51,974 nt of DNA, taken from contig JBBDWT010000015.1 in the NCBI GenBank assembly GCA_040902705.1, positions 1-51,974 on the forward strand, given 5' to 3'. Position 1 is the stretch's first letter. Each line of letters opens with the position of its first letter. Under the pieces are notes generated by a model that was not told where the DNA came from, did not search any database, and saw only the letters and a list, made by a program, of their open reading frames with translations. Both the position numbers and the translations under genes were made by a program. This DNA is from Acidimicrobiia bacterium. Its GTDB lineage: Bacteria > Actinomycetota > Acidimicrobiia > IMCC26256 > PALSA-555. This document shows positions 24,320 through 32,554 of this stretch, one piece after another.

Positions 24320-25125
24320 CCTCGGAGACGACGCTCGAGGAGGAACGCGACTTCCTCCTGCGATCGCTCGACGATCTCGAGCAGGAGCGGGCCGCGGGCT
24401 CGATCGACGAGGAGTCGTACCGGGCGCTGCACGACGACTACACGGCCCGAGCAGCGGCCGTCATCCGTGCCTTGCGCGACGGCATCGACACGCGCCCGAC
24501 CGAGCCGACGTCATCGTGGAAGCGCCGAGGGCTGGTCATCGGAGGCCTCGTCGTCTTCGCAGTCGCGGCCGGTGTTGCGCTCGCACTCGCCCTGGGTGCC
24601 CGGCTGCCCGGCCAGACCACGAGTGGGAACAGCGGATCCTCGGAGAGGGTCGCGCCGGGCGGGCAGCGCGCACGACTCGAGGCGGCGGTCGCGGAGAGCC
24701 CCGATGACATCGGTAGTCGTCTGCTCCTCGCGCGCTACCTCGAATCGGACGACGACCTCCCCGGCGCGCTCGCGCAGTACGACGCGGTCATCGATCTCGA
24801 TCCCACGAACGCCGACTCCCACGCCCAAGCGGGACGCATCCTCTACCTCACGGCGACGCAAGGTCCGCCGGCGGAGGCGGCAGAGCTCGTGGACTCGGCG
24901 CGAGCGCAGCTCGACGAGGCGATCCGCCTCGACCCCGAGCTCCCCGATCCCCGCTTCTTCCGCGCGATCGTGCTCGCGAACGAGTTCGGCGACTTCGCGG
25001 CCGCGCAGGCCGATCTCCAGCGGTATCTCCTCGCTGCTCCCGGCGGTACGTTCGCGGACCAGGCTCGACAGCTGCTCGCCGACGTCACCAACGCGCTCGA
25101 GTCACCACCGTCCACCCAACCCTGA
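24316..25125 (+). CDS. CcmI/CycH-like TPR protein (last gene of the ccm chain)
   Basis: ATGA overlap with ccmH. 269 aa with one TM (GLVIGGLVVFAVAAGVALALAL), then TPR-like repeats (LLLARYLESDDDLPGALAQYDAVIDLDPTNADSHAQAGRILY...). Confidence 0.65.
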   Translation: MTSETTLEEERDFLLRSLDDLEQERAAGSIDEESYRALHDDYTARAAAVIRALRDGIDTRPTEPTSSWKRRGLVIGGLVVFAVAAGVALALALGARLPGQTTSGNSGSSERVAPGGQRARLEAAVAESPDDIGSRLLLARYLESDDDLPGALAQYDAVIDLDPTNADSHAQAGRILYLTATQGPPAEAAELVDSARAQLDEAIRLDPELPDPRFFRAIVLANEFGDFAAAQADLQRYLLAAPGGTFADQARQLLADVTNALESPPSTQP

Positions 25126-25151
25126 GCGACCCCGAGAAGGAGCTTCCCCTC

Positions 25152-25625
25152 ATGGCGGCACCCCCCGAACTGCAGATCGACCCGTCGAAGACGTACCGCG
25201 TCACCATCACGACCGACCGCGGGCAGATCGTGGCGGACCTCGACCCGCAGCTGGCGCCGAACACCGTCAACCACTTCGTCGCGCTTGCCCGCCGGGGGTT
25301 CTACGACGGGCTCACGTTCCACCGGGTGGTTCCGCAGTTCGTGATCCAGGGCGGCTGCCCGGAGGGCACGGGCACGGGTGGACCGGGCTACAAATGGGAC
25401 GACGAGCCCGTGAAGGGCGAGTACACGCTCGGCGCGCTCGCGATGGCGAACGCCGGACCGAACACCAACGGGTCGCAGTTCTTCGTCTGCATCGACGACT
25501 GCACGCGCAAGCTGAGCAAGGACTACAACCTCTTCGGGCACGTGGTCGAAGGTGTCGACGTCGCTCAGGCGACCCAGGTCGGCGACGTCATGCAGTCGGT
25601 GACGGTCGACGAGCGGGACCGCTGA
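25152..25625 (+). CDS. peptidylprolyl isomerase, cyclophilin type
   Basis: FHRVVPQFVIQGGCPEGTGTGGPGY...LAMANAGPNTNGSQFFV is the canonical cyclophilin core. Size is 157 aa. Confidence 0.95.
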   Translation: MAAPPELQIDPSKTYRVTITTDRGQIVADLDPQLAPNTVNHFVALARRGFYDGLTFHRVVPQFVIQGGCPEGTGTGGPGYKWDDEPVKGEYTLGALAMANAGPNTNGSQFFVCIDDCTRKLSKDYNLFGHVVEGVDVAQATQVGDVMQSVTVDERDR

Positions 25626-25627
25626 TC

Positions 25628-25645
25628 CCACCGGGTGACCGGTGG
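25628..25645 (+). terminator. perfect 7-bp hairpin 3 nt after the cyclophilin stop (possible terminator, no U-tract)
   Basis: CCACCGG-GTGA-CCGGTGG. A second hairpin, CGACCGAG-G-CTCGGTCG, lies at 25668-25684 in the same 163-bp spacer before the aconitase gene. Confidence 0.4.
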
Positions 25646-25788
25646 AGGCAGGCTCGCTCGGCTGCGCCGACCGAGGCTCGGTCGCCCGGCTGATCGTCGG
25701 TCGTCGCGCGCGGCGTAACCTCGGGGACGGGAGCCGTCGAGGTGCGGCGACCGGAACACGCAGTCTTCAGAACGCGGAGCGCACGACG

Positions 25789-28071
25789 ATGGCCGAGTCG
25801 AAGATCGGACCGACGACTCCAGTCGAGCTCGTCGAATCCGTCTACTCCCGATACCCCGAGCGGGTGGACATCGGTCGACGCCGGCTCGGTCGTCCGATGA
25901 CGTTCGCGGAGAAGGTGCTGATCGCGCACGCCGACGACCCGGAGACGGTCGGGCTCGAACGCGCCGTCGACTACTCCGACTACCGCCCAGATCGCGTCGC
26001 GATGCAGGACGCCACCGCGCAGATGGCGCTGCTGCAGTTCATGACGGCCGATCTCCCGACCGTCGCCGTCCCGGCGACCGTGCACTGCGACCACCTGATC
26101 CAGGCCCATGTGGGCGCTGACGCCGACATGGCGACGGCCCTCGACGTGAACTCGGAGGTGTACGAGTTCCTCCGGACGGTCTCGGCGAAGTACGGCGTCG
26201 GATTCTGGAAGCCGGGGTCAGGCATCATCCACCAGGTCGTGCTCGAGCAGTACGCCTTCCCCGGCGGGATGATGATCGGCACCGACAGCCACACGCCGAA
26301 CGCCGGTGGCCTCGGGATGATCGCGATCGGTGTCGGGGGTGCCGACGCCGTCGACGTGCTCGCCGGGTGGCCGTTCAACACGCGCGTCCCCCGGCTCATC
26401 GGTGTGCGCCTCACCGGACGCCTCTCGGGATGGGCGTCGCCCAAGGACGTGATCCTCCAGGTCGCCGGCATCCTCACCGTGAAGGGTGGGACGGGAGCGA
26501 TCGTCGAGTACTTCGGTCCCGGCGCGGAGTCGATCTCGGCAACAGGCAAGGCCACGATCTGCAACATGGGTGCGGAGATCGGGGCCACGTGCTCGCTGTT
26601 CCCCTACGACGTGCGCTCTGCCCTCTACCTCAAGGCGACCGAGCGCTCCGAGCTCGCCGGGCTCGCCGACGAGTACGCCGAGCACCTGCGCGCCGACCCG
26701 GAGATCGACAACGATCCCGAGCGGTACTACGACCGGGTCATCGAGATCGATCTCGACGACCTCGAGCCCCACGTCGTGGGCCCGCACACTCCCGACCTCG
26801 ATCGTCCGATCAGCGAGCTGGCCCGGGTCGCGGCCTCAGAGAACTACCCGCTCGACATCTCCTACGCACTCGTCGGTTCGTGCACGAACTCGTCGTACGA
26901 GGACATCGGTCGCGCGGCCCACGTGGCCCGCCAGGCGAAGACCGCGGGGCTCAGGGTGCGCACACCGCTGCTCATCACCCCCGGCTCGGAGCAGGTGCGA
27001 GCGACGATCGAACGTGATGGCCTCCTCGAGGACCTCGAGGCGATCGGCGCGAAGGTGCTCGCCAACGCGTGCGGTCCCTGCATCGGCCAGTGGAAGCGCG
27101 ACGACATCGAGACCGGTGAGAAGAACACGATCGTCTCGTCGTTCAACCGCAACTTCCCCGCCCGCAACGACGGCAACACCGCCACGCTCTCGTTCATCGT
27201 GTCGCCGGAGACGGTCATCGCGATGGCGTTGAGCGGTCGCCTCGACCACGACTTCGTGCACGAACCGCTGCGCAGCAACGACGGCACCGAGGTCCGGCTG
27301 GAGCCGCCCGTCGCCGATGAGCTCCCCGACCACGGCTTCGATCCGGGTGAGTCGGGCTTCGTGCCCCCGGCCGAGGACGGCACCAGCGTCGAGGTCGTCG
27401 TGAAGCCCGACTCCGACCGGCTCGAGCTGCTCGACCCGTTCCCGGCGTGGGACGGCCAGGACGTGGTGGGCCTGCGTGTCCTGCTCAAGGCGGCCGGCAA
27501 GTGCACGACCGACCACATCTCGCCCGCCGGCAAGTGGCTCAAGTACCGCGGGCACCTCACCAACATCTCCAAGAACCTGTTCACCGGCGCGAACAACGCG
27601 TTCGCCCTCGACGAGCCCGGCCTCGGCGTCGACACCCGGGACGGCAGCGTCGTCCCGCTCCCGGATCTGGCGAAGGCGTACAAGGACGCCGGCATCTCGT
27701 GGATCGCGGTCGGAGACGAGAACTACGGCGAAGGCTCGTCGCGCGAGCACGCCGCGATGGAGCCCCGGTACATGGCCGGGCGCGCCGTGCTCGTGCGGTC
27801 GTTCGCGCGCATCCACGAGGCGAACCTCAAGAAGCAGGGAGTCCTCGCGCTCACGTTCAAGAACCCCCTCGACTACGAGCGCATCCTCGTCGACGACACC
27901 ATCGACATCGTCGGGCTCGATGGGCTCGCGCCCGGGAAGCCGGTGCGGGTGCTGCTCCAGCACGCGAACGGCAAGATGGACGAGATCGAGACGACCCACA
28001 CCATGTCGGAGGAGCACATCGGATGGTTCCGAGCAGGATCCGCACTCAACGTGCTGCGCGCACAGTCATGA
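25789..28071 (+). CDS. acn: aconitate hydratase, mitochondrial-type (about 760 aa)
   Basis: ATG at 25789 within ORF 25642..28071. DRVAMQDATAQMALLQF...HCDHLI...GVGFWKPGSGIIHQ...GTDSHTPNAGGLG...ILTVKGGTGAIVEYFGPG...ICNMGAEIGAT closely follows the eukaryotic ACO2-type sequence. It does not resemble the ~900-aa AcnA/IRP type. Confidence 0.92.
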   Translation: MAESKIGPTTPVELVESVYSRYPERVDIGRRRLGRPMTFAEKVLIAHADDPETVGLERAVDYSDYRPDRVAMQDATAQMALLQFMTADLPTVAVPATVHCDHLIQAHVGADADMATALDVNSEVYEFLRTVSAKYGVGFWKPGSGIIHQVVLEQYAFPGGMMIGTDSHTPNAGGLGMIAIGVGGADAVDVLAGWPFNTRVPRLIGVRLTGRLSGWASPKDVILQVAGILTVKGGTGAIVEYFGPGAESISATGKATICNMGAEIGATCSLFPYDVRSALYLKATERSELAGLADEYAEHLRADPEIDNDPERYYDRVIEIDLDDLEPHVVGPHTPDLDRPISELARVAASENYPLDISYALVGSCTNSSYEDIGRAAHVARQAKTAGLRVRTPLLITPGSEQVRATIERDGLLEDLEAIGAKVLANACGPCIGQWKRDDIETGEKNTIVSSFNRNFPARNDGNTATLSFIVSPETVIAMALSGRLDHDFVHEPLRSNDGTEVRLEPPVADELPDHGFDPGESGFVPPAEDGTSVEVVVKPDSDRLELLDPFPAWDGQDVVGLRVLLKAAGKCTTDHISPAGKWLKYRGHLTNISKNLFTGANNAFALDEPGLGVDTRDGSVVPLPDLAKAYKDAGISWIAVGDENYGEGSSREHAAMEPRYMAGRAVLVRSFARIHEANLKKQGVLALTFKNPLDYERILVDDTIDIVGLDGLAPGKPVRVLLQHANGKMDEIETTHTMSEEHIGWFRAGSALNVLRAQS

Positions 28072-28514
28072 GGCGCCGCGCCCCACGGCTGGTCGGAGCG
28101 ATGCTCGTGCTCGCCGTCGGGGTCGCCGCGTGCGGCGGCGGTGACTCCGACTCGGCCGACGACACGACCACGACCAGGGGGACCGACGCGTCGACGTCCA
28201 CGACCGAGGACACCACGTCGGTCACCGTCGGCATCATCTGCACGACTGCCGAGGACGCCGCGATGACGCTCGTCGACGCGTGGGGCGCCGACGATCGCGC
28301 CGCCGGCCGCCGATGCGCGAGCGAAGCGGTCGTCGACCAGATGTTCGAGGTCAGCGGTGCCGGCAACACGTGGACGGACGAGGGCTGTGACCGGACCGAT
28401 CCCGGCGTGCCCGTGTGCGCGTACCGCTACGAAGGCGGCGCCGCGCTCTTGACGGTGGAAGGCTCGGAGGCTTCGGGCTGGAAGGTCACGCGCCTCGAGT
28501 ACCTGGCGGACTGA
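28068..28514 (+). CDS. secreted lipoprotein (148 aa), translationally coupled to the aconitase gene
   Basis: ATGA overlap with the acn stop. The signal peptide has a lipobox (MLVLAVGVAACGG), followed by a Thr/Asp-rich linker and a small Cys-containing domain. Confidence 0.7.
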   Translation: MRRRAPRLVGAMLVLAVGVAACGGGDSDSADDTTTTRGTDASTSTTEDTTSVTVGIICTTAEDAAMTLVDAWGADDRAAGRRCASEAVVDQMFEVSGAGNTWTDEGCDRTDPGVPVCAYRYEGGAALLTVEGSEASGWKVTRLEYLAD

Positions 28515-29865
28515 GGCTCACCGGCTCGAGCTGCGCCTCGGTGGGCTCGGCGCAGCAGAACCAGGTCTCCGTGAGGTGCGGTCGCGCGTCGCCCCCGTGG
28601 GCCGACCGGCCGGACGGGGCCAGGCCACAGGTCGCCCGAACCGCCTCGTAGGTGCGCGCCGCGGGAATCCCGTCGGCGACGTGCGACTCGACGAGCGCCG
28701 CGAGCTCGAGTTGGAGCTCGTCCATCGTCGGCTCGGCACTCCGCCACTCGTAGCAGCCGCGATCCGCGTCGTACTCGCCGAGGTGCGGCGCGAGGTCGGG
28801 GGTGTCGAGCAGGAGTGAACCCGGAGGCACCAGCAGCCGGATCGTGTACTGCACCGGATCGACGTTGGGGACGAGATCGTGCACCGCGACGAAGTCGAGG
28901 ATCCCCTGGATCTCGTCGAGCGTCGTCCACGGTGTGAACGGCATCCACGACGGACGGATCTCGATGCCGAGGCTGCGCAGCAGCTCGACGGCGCGACCCA
29001 TGTCGGCCGCAGTGTGATCCTTCGCCAGGCGCGTCAGCGTTGCTTCGTCCACGGTCTCGAACGCGGAGACGACGAACAGGCAGCCGGCATCGGCGAGCTC
29101 GGACCACACCTCGGCGTGGCGAAGGATGTGCTCCACCTTGACCGTGCAGTCGAACGTCAGGTCGGGGAAGCGCTCGTGGACTGCACGCACGATGCGAAGC
29201 GCATGGTGGACGCCGTTGAAGAAATCGGGGTCGCCGAAGCTGACGTGCTGAGCGCCGGCGGCGACCTGCTGGGTGACGTCCGCGAGCACGCTCTCGGCGT
29301 CGACGATCCGGGTCCGGCCGTCGTAGACGACGGGGACCGGGCAGTGCCGGCATCGGTGGGCGCAGCCGTGGCTCGCCTCGGTGTGGGCGACCACGCGCCG
29401 CTCCCCGCCGACCGCCAGCCGGACGTATCGGTCGAGCGGGGGGAGGAGGTCGCGGGCGGGCACGGCCGCGCCGGTCCCCGCGTCGCCGTGGCCCAGGTGG
29501 ATGACGATGCCGTCGTCCACGCGCCCTTCCACCCAGTCGACGACCGCCTCGTCGGTCTCACCGGCGAGCACCCGGTTCGCCACGTCCGACAGCACGGGTG
29601 CATAGAGGCCAAAGGCCGCGATCGGCAGGTCGGGTCGCTCGGCGTGTGCCACGTCGATGGTCTGGCGCGCGATTCGCCCCGCGGTGTGCATGGGCACCGA
29701 GATCGCCATGCGCTCGGCCCAGCGGGCGAGCTCGCGATCCCACGGGTCGAGCGAGAGGTCGAGGCAGCGCACGTCGTGACCGCGCTCGCGAAGTCGACCA
29801 GCCACCGCGGCGACGTGCAGCGGTTGGTAGCCGAGCTCGTAGCACGCGACCAGCGCAACCTTCAC
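28486..29865 (-). CDS. B12-binding-like/radical SAM protein with a C-terminal CCAEP motif (CUAEP/CCAEP-tail radical SAM family)
   Basis: 459 aa with a GTG start at 29865. The radical SAM cluster motif is GCAHRCRHC (CxxxCxxC). The near-C-terminal sequence is WFCCAEPTEAQ; the CCAEP codons (TGC TGC GCC GAG CCC) lie at 28543-28557. Confidence 0.85.
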   Translation of the reverse strand: MKVALVACYELGYQPLHVAAVAGRLRERGHDVRCLDLSLDPWDRELARWAERMAISVPMHTAGRIARQTIDVAHAERPDLPIAAFGLYAPVLSDVANRVLAGETDEAVVDWVEGRVDDGIVIHLGHGDAGTGAAVPARDLLPPLDRYVRLAVGGERRVVAHTEASHGCAHRCRHCPVPVVYDGRTRIVDAESVLADVTQQVAAGAQHVSFGDPDFFNGVHHALRIVRAVHERFPDLTFDCTVKVEHILRHAEVWSELADAGCLFVVSAFETVDEATLTRLAKDHTAADMGRAVELLRSLGIEIRPSWMPFTPWTTLDEIQGILDFVAVHDLVPNVDPVQYTIRLLVPPGSLLLDTPDLAPHLGEYDADRGCYEWRSAEPTMDELQLELAALVESHVADGIPAARTYEAVRATCGLAPSGRSAHGGDARPHLTETWFCCAEPTEAQLEPVSLSPPGTRGA

Positions 29866-29875
29866 GGGACCCAGG

Positions 29876-31120
29876 CTAGGGGCGTTCCGTCGTCACCCCC
29901 GCCGGCGACGGTTCCGTCGCGGGGTCCAGCACGACCTCGAGGTGCTCGTGTGCGGTGCGCAGGGCGTGCTCGACCGCTGCAGGCGTGTCGGCGCGCGCGA
30001 AGAGGAAGCCGAGGTAGCGGTCGCCTTCGGGGAGGGGCACCACGGCGCGGCCCGGGGGGATCGTGATCTCGAGCCCGACGATCCCAGCGCAGGCCCGCGC
30101 CCGGTCCTGGCCGCGCACCTCCGCCAGCGTCCCTCCCTGCACGATCGGGAGCATCATCACGCCCGACGCGGCCTCCTCGCGCACCATGCCGACCAGCGAC
30201 ATCCCCAACGCGTGGCGAAGGATCACCGCCTCGAGGCTGATGCCCGCGCCGAACCGCAGGGCGCGCGCGCACAGACCGCCGATCGAGCGCGCGGCGATCT
30301 CGAGGACGTGCACGCGCTCGCCGTCGACCCGCAACTCCGCGTGGATCGGTCCCTCGGTGAGCCCGAGCGCCGCGGCTGCGTCGCTCGTGACCTTCGTGAC
30401 GGACGCGAGCGTGTCGGGTGCCAGAGAGCTCGGCGTGACGTAGATGGTCTCCTCGAAGAAGGGCCCGTCGCCCGCGTCGGGCTTGTCGAACACCGCGAGC
30501 ACCTCGAGGTCACTGCCGCGGAGGAGACCCTCGACGGCGACCTCGCGCCCGCGCACGAGCGCTTCCACCAGGATCCGGCCTCCGCCGGCGATCGCCGAAG
30601 CCCGGTGCGCCGCCGCGGTGGCGCCGGCCGCGTCGTCGGCCCGGATCACGCCCTGGCTCCCCGAGAGACCGACCGGCTTCACCACGACCGGGAACCCGAG
30701 CCGCTCCGCCGCGCGTCCCGCCTCCTCCGGGATGTCGATCGCGGCGAAGCTCGGCTGCGGGATCTCGGCCTCGGCCAGGGCACGACGCATCGCCTCCTTG
30801 TCGCGGGTGCGGGCGACGGCTTCTGGCGGGTTGTGGGCCAGCCCGAGCCGCTCGGCTGCCCGTGCCGCGGCCACGACGCCCCGGTCGTCGAGCGCGACGA
30901 TCGCATCGACGCCGCGGCGGTCGTCGAGCGCGACGATCGCGGCCGCGGCCGCGTCGGCATCGTCGAGGGGGATGGCGATCGCCCGCGTGGCCGTCGGATC
31001 GGTGACGGCGGGCGCCTGCTCCGAGGCGACGACCAGGTCGATGCCCAACGCCCGCGCCGCCGCGACGAAGTCGGGGGCTCGGTACGTGGAGGTGGGCACG
31101 AGCAGGACGACCGTTGGCAC
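29876..31120 (-). CDS. ATP-grasp domain protein (amino-acid/carboxylate ligase-like)
   Basis: ORF 29876..31183. The ORF-track start is a TTG at 31183 and would overlap the divergent gene. I prefer the GTG at 31120 (VPTVVLLVPTSTY...). ATP-grasp core: DKEAMRRALAEAEIPQP...GFPVVVKPVGLSGSQGV...EEAL..GREVAVEG...IHAELRV...VLEIAAR. Confidence 0.8.
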   Translation of the reverse strand: MPTVVLLVPTSTYRAPDFVAAARALGIDLVVASEQAPAVTDPTATRAIAIPLDDADAAAAAIVALDDRRGVDAIVALDDRGVVAAARAAERLGLAHNPPEAVARTRDKEAMRRALAEAEIPQPSFAAIDIPEEAGRAAERLGFPVVVKPVGLSGSQGVIRADDAAGATAAAHRASAIAGGGRILVEALVRGREVAVEGLLRGSDLEVLAVFDKPDAGDGPFFEETIYVTPSSLAPDTLASVTKVTSDAAAALGLTEGPIHAELRVDGERVHVLEIAARSIGGLCARALRFGAGISLEAVILRHALGMSLVGMVREEAASGVMMLPIVQGGTLAEVRGQDRARACAGIVGLEITIPPGRAVVPLPEGDRYLGFLFARADTPAAVEHALRTAHEHLEVVLDPATEPSPAGVTTERP

Positions 31121-31136
31121 GGGCCTATCATGACCA

Positions 31137-31766
31137 GTGATGAGCGACCCGGTCCTCACCGTCACCGACGCCGCTCGGACCAAGATCGTCGAGGTCCGAG
31201 CCAGCGAAGCCCAGCCCGACTCCCTCGCGCTCTTCGTCGAGGTCTCGGGGCAGCAAGACGGTGCCTATACGTACACGATGGAGCTCCGGCCTCTCGCCGA
31301 GGCTGGTGATTCCGACGTGGTCCAGAACCACGACGACCTGCCCGTCGTCGTCGAGGCCGAGAGCGCGGATGCCCTGCGGGGGGCGACGCTCGACTTCGCC
31401 GCCGCGGGCATGGTCATGCAGAACCCGAACCTTCCGCCGGCACCGTCGGTGGAGCCGCCTTGGACGGTCGACGCCGACACGGAGCTCAGCAGCGATGTGG
31501 CGCGCACGGTGATCGCCGTCCTCGAGGAGCAGATCAACCCGCAGATCGCAGCTCACGGCGGGCGCGCCGATCTCATCGCCGTCGAGGAGACCGTCGCCTA
31601 TCTGGTCCTGTCCGGAGGGTGCCAGGGATGTGGCATGGCGGCGGTCACGCTGTCGCAGGGGATCGAGGTCGCGATCCTCGACGCGATCCCCGAGATCGAG
31701 AAGGTCGTCGACGTCACCGACCACGCCTCCGGCGTGAACCCGTACTTCGAGGCCGCGAAGAAGTAG
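31137..31766 (+). CDS. Fe-S cluster biogenesis protein, degenerate HesB/IscA-like N-domain plus Nfu/NifU C-domain (NfuA-like)
   Basis: GTG at 31137 or ATG at 31140. The C-terminal Nfu motif is INPQIAAHGGRADLI...LSGGCQGCGMA (CxxC). The N-terminal A-type-carrier-like fold lacks the Cys ligands. Confidence 0.85.
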   Translation: MMSDPVLTVTDAARTKIVEVRASEAQPDSLALFVEVSGQQDGAYTYTMELRPLAEAGDSDVVQNHDDLPVVVEAESADALRGATLDFAAAGMVMQNPNLPPAPSVEPPWTVDADTELSSDVARTVIAVLEEQINPQIAAHGGRADLIAVEETVAYLVLSGGCQGCGMAAVTLSQGIEVAILDAIPEIEKVVDVTDHASGVNPYFEAAKK

Positions 31767-31805
31767 CCGCGGGGCCGGTGGTCCGAGCGATCCCTCTCCG
31801 AAGGG

Positions 31806-32531
31806 CTACCCGAAGCGCCGAGCGTCCTCGAGCGCGTAGCTCGCAACTGCATCGTCGGCGACCGTCGTGGTCGCGAGCGCGTCGAGCACCTCGCCGAGGC
31901 GTGACCCCGGGATCGCGCAGGTCATCTCGCGCGCGGGCATCCCGGTGCGCACCCGGCTGAGCGCGCAGCCGACGCTCGCCGCGACCTCACCGCGCTCCTT
32001 GGCGATCGCCACGATGTGGCACTGAGGCTTGCCTTCGATCCGCATGTCGGGCACCGCGTCGTGCAGCACCATCATCTGCTTGCCGGTGACGCGGATCAGC
32101 ACGACATCGGGGTCGACGGGCGACGCGGCGAGAGGTCCGTAGACGATCGTGTCGGGCTTCTCGGTCACCACCGGGATCTGCGGAACGACGTCCATCGTGA
32201 CCCAGCCCGTCTCGAGGAGCGCGGCGACGTCGGAGTTGCCCGCGACCTCGTCGAGCGTCTTGAAACCGTGCGTGAGGCTGCCGACCGAGCAGTTGCCGTG
32301 GTCGGCGGCGACGGTCGAGAACGTGCCGTCGACGGCCTTGATCCAGAACACGCAGCCTGCGGGGACGCGTCCGGTCCGACCGTCGGGCATGGCGTCGGGC
32401 ATCGGCGCGTCGAACGGGGCGACGCCGTCCGGAGCCGCGTCGGCAAACGTGATCGCGATGGGGGGGACCGCGAGCTCGAGCGCGTTCGTGAGGCGTCCCG
32501 CGAGGTTCGACCAGTCTGCAGTTGTCGTCAT
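31806..32531 (-). CDS. DUF169 domain-containing protein
   Basis: 241 aa. The PAGCVFW...HGNCSVG...KPQCH...VGCALSR pattern matches what I know of DUF169. Function is unknown. Confidence 0.7.
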   Translation of the reverse strand: MTTTADWSNLAGRLTNALELAVPPIAITFADAAPDGVAPFDAPMPDAMPDGRTGRVPAGCVFWIKAVDGTFSTVAADHGNCSVGSLTHGFKTLDEVAGNSDVAALLETGWVTMDVVPQIPVVTEKPDTIVYGPLAASPVDPDVVLIRVTGKQMMVLHDAVPDMRIEGKPQCHIVAIAKERGEVAASVGCALSRVRTGMPAREMTCAIPGSRLGEVLDALATTTVADDAVASYALEDARRFG

Positions 32532-32554
32532 GCGACGAACCTACTCCTCGCCGT

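Noticed and set aside
28552-28557. Possible selenocysteine (UGA) in the CCAEP tail of the radical SAM protein
   Set aside because: Both codons are TGC (Cys). There is no in-frame TGA and no need for a SECIS element, so this is the Cys-Cys form of the motif.
31121-31183. ORF-track start (31183) for the ATP-grasp gene
   Set aside because: That codon is TTG. The 21 extra residues (VRAASVTVRTGSLITGHDRP) are non-conserved-looking and would overlap the divergent Nfu-type gene by 47 nt. The GTG at 31120 begins directly at the conserved pre-ATP-grasp strand VVLLVPT.
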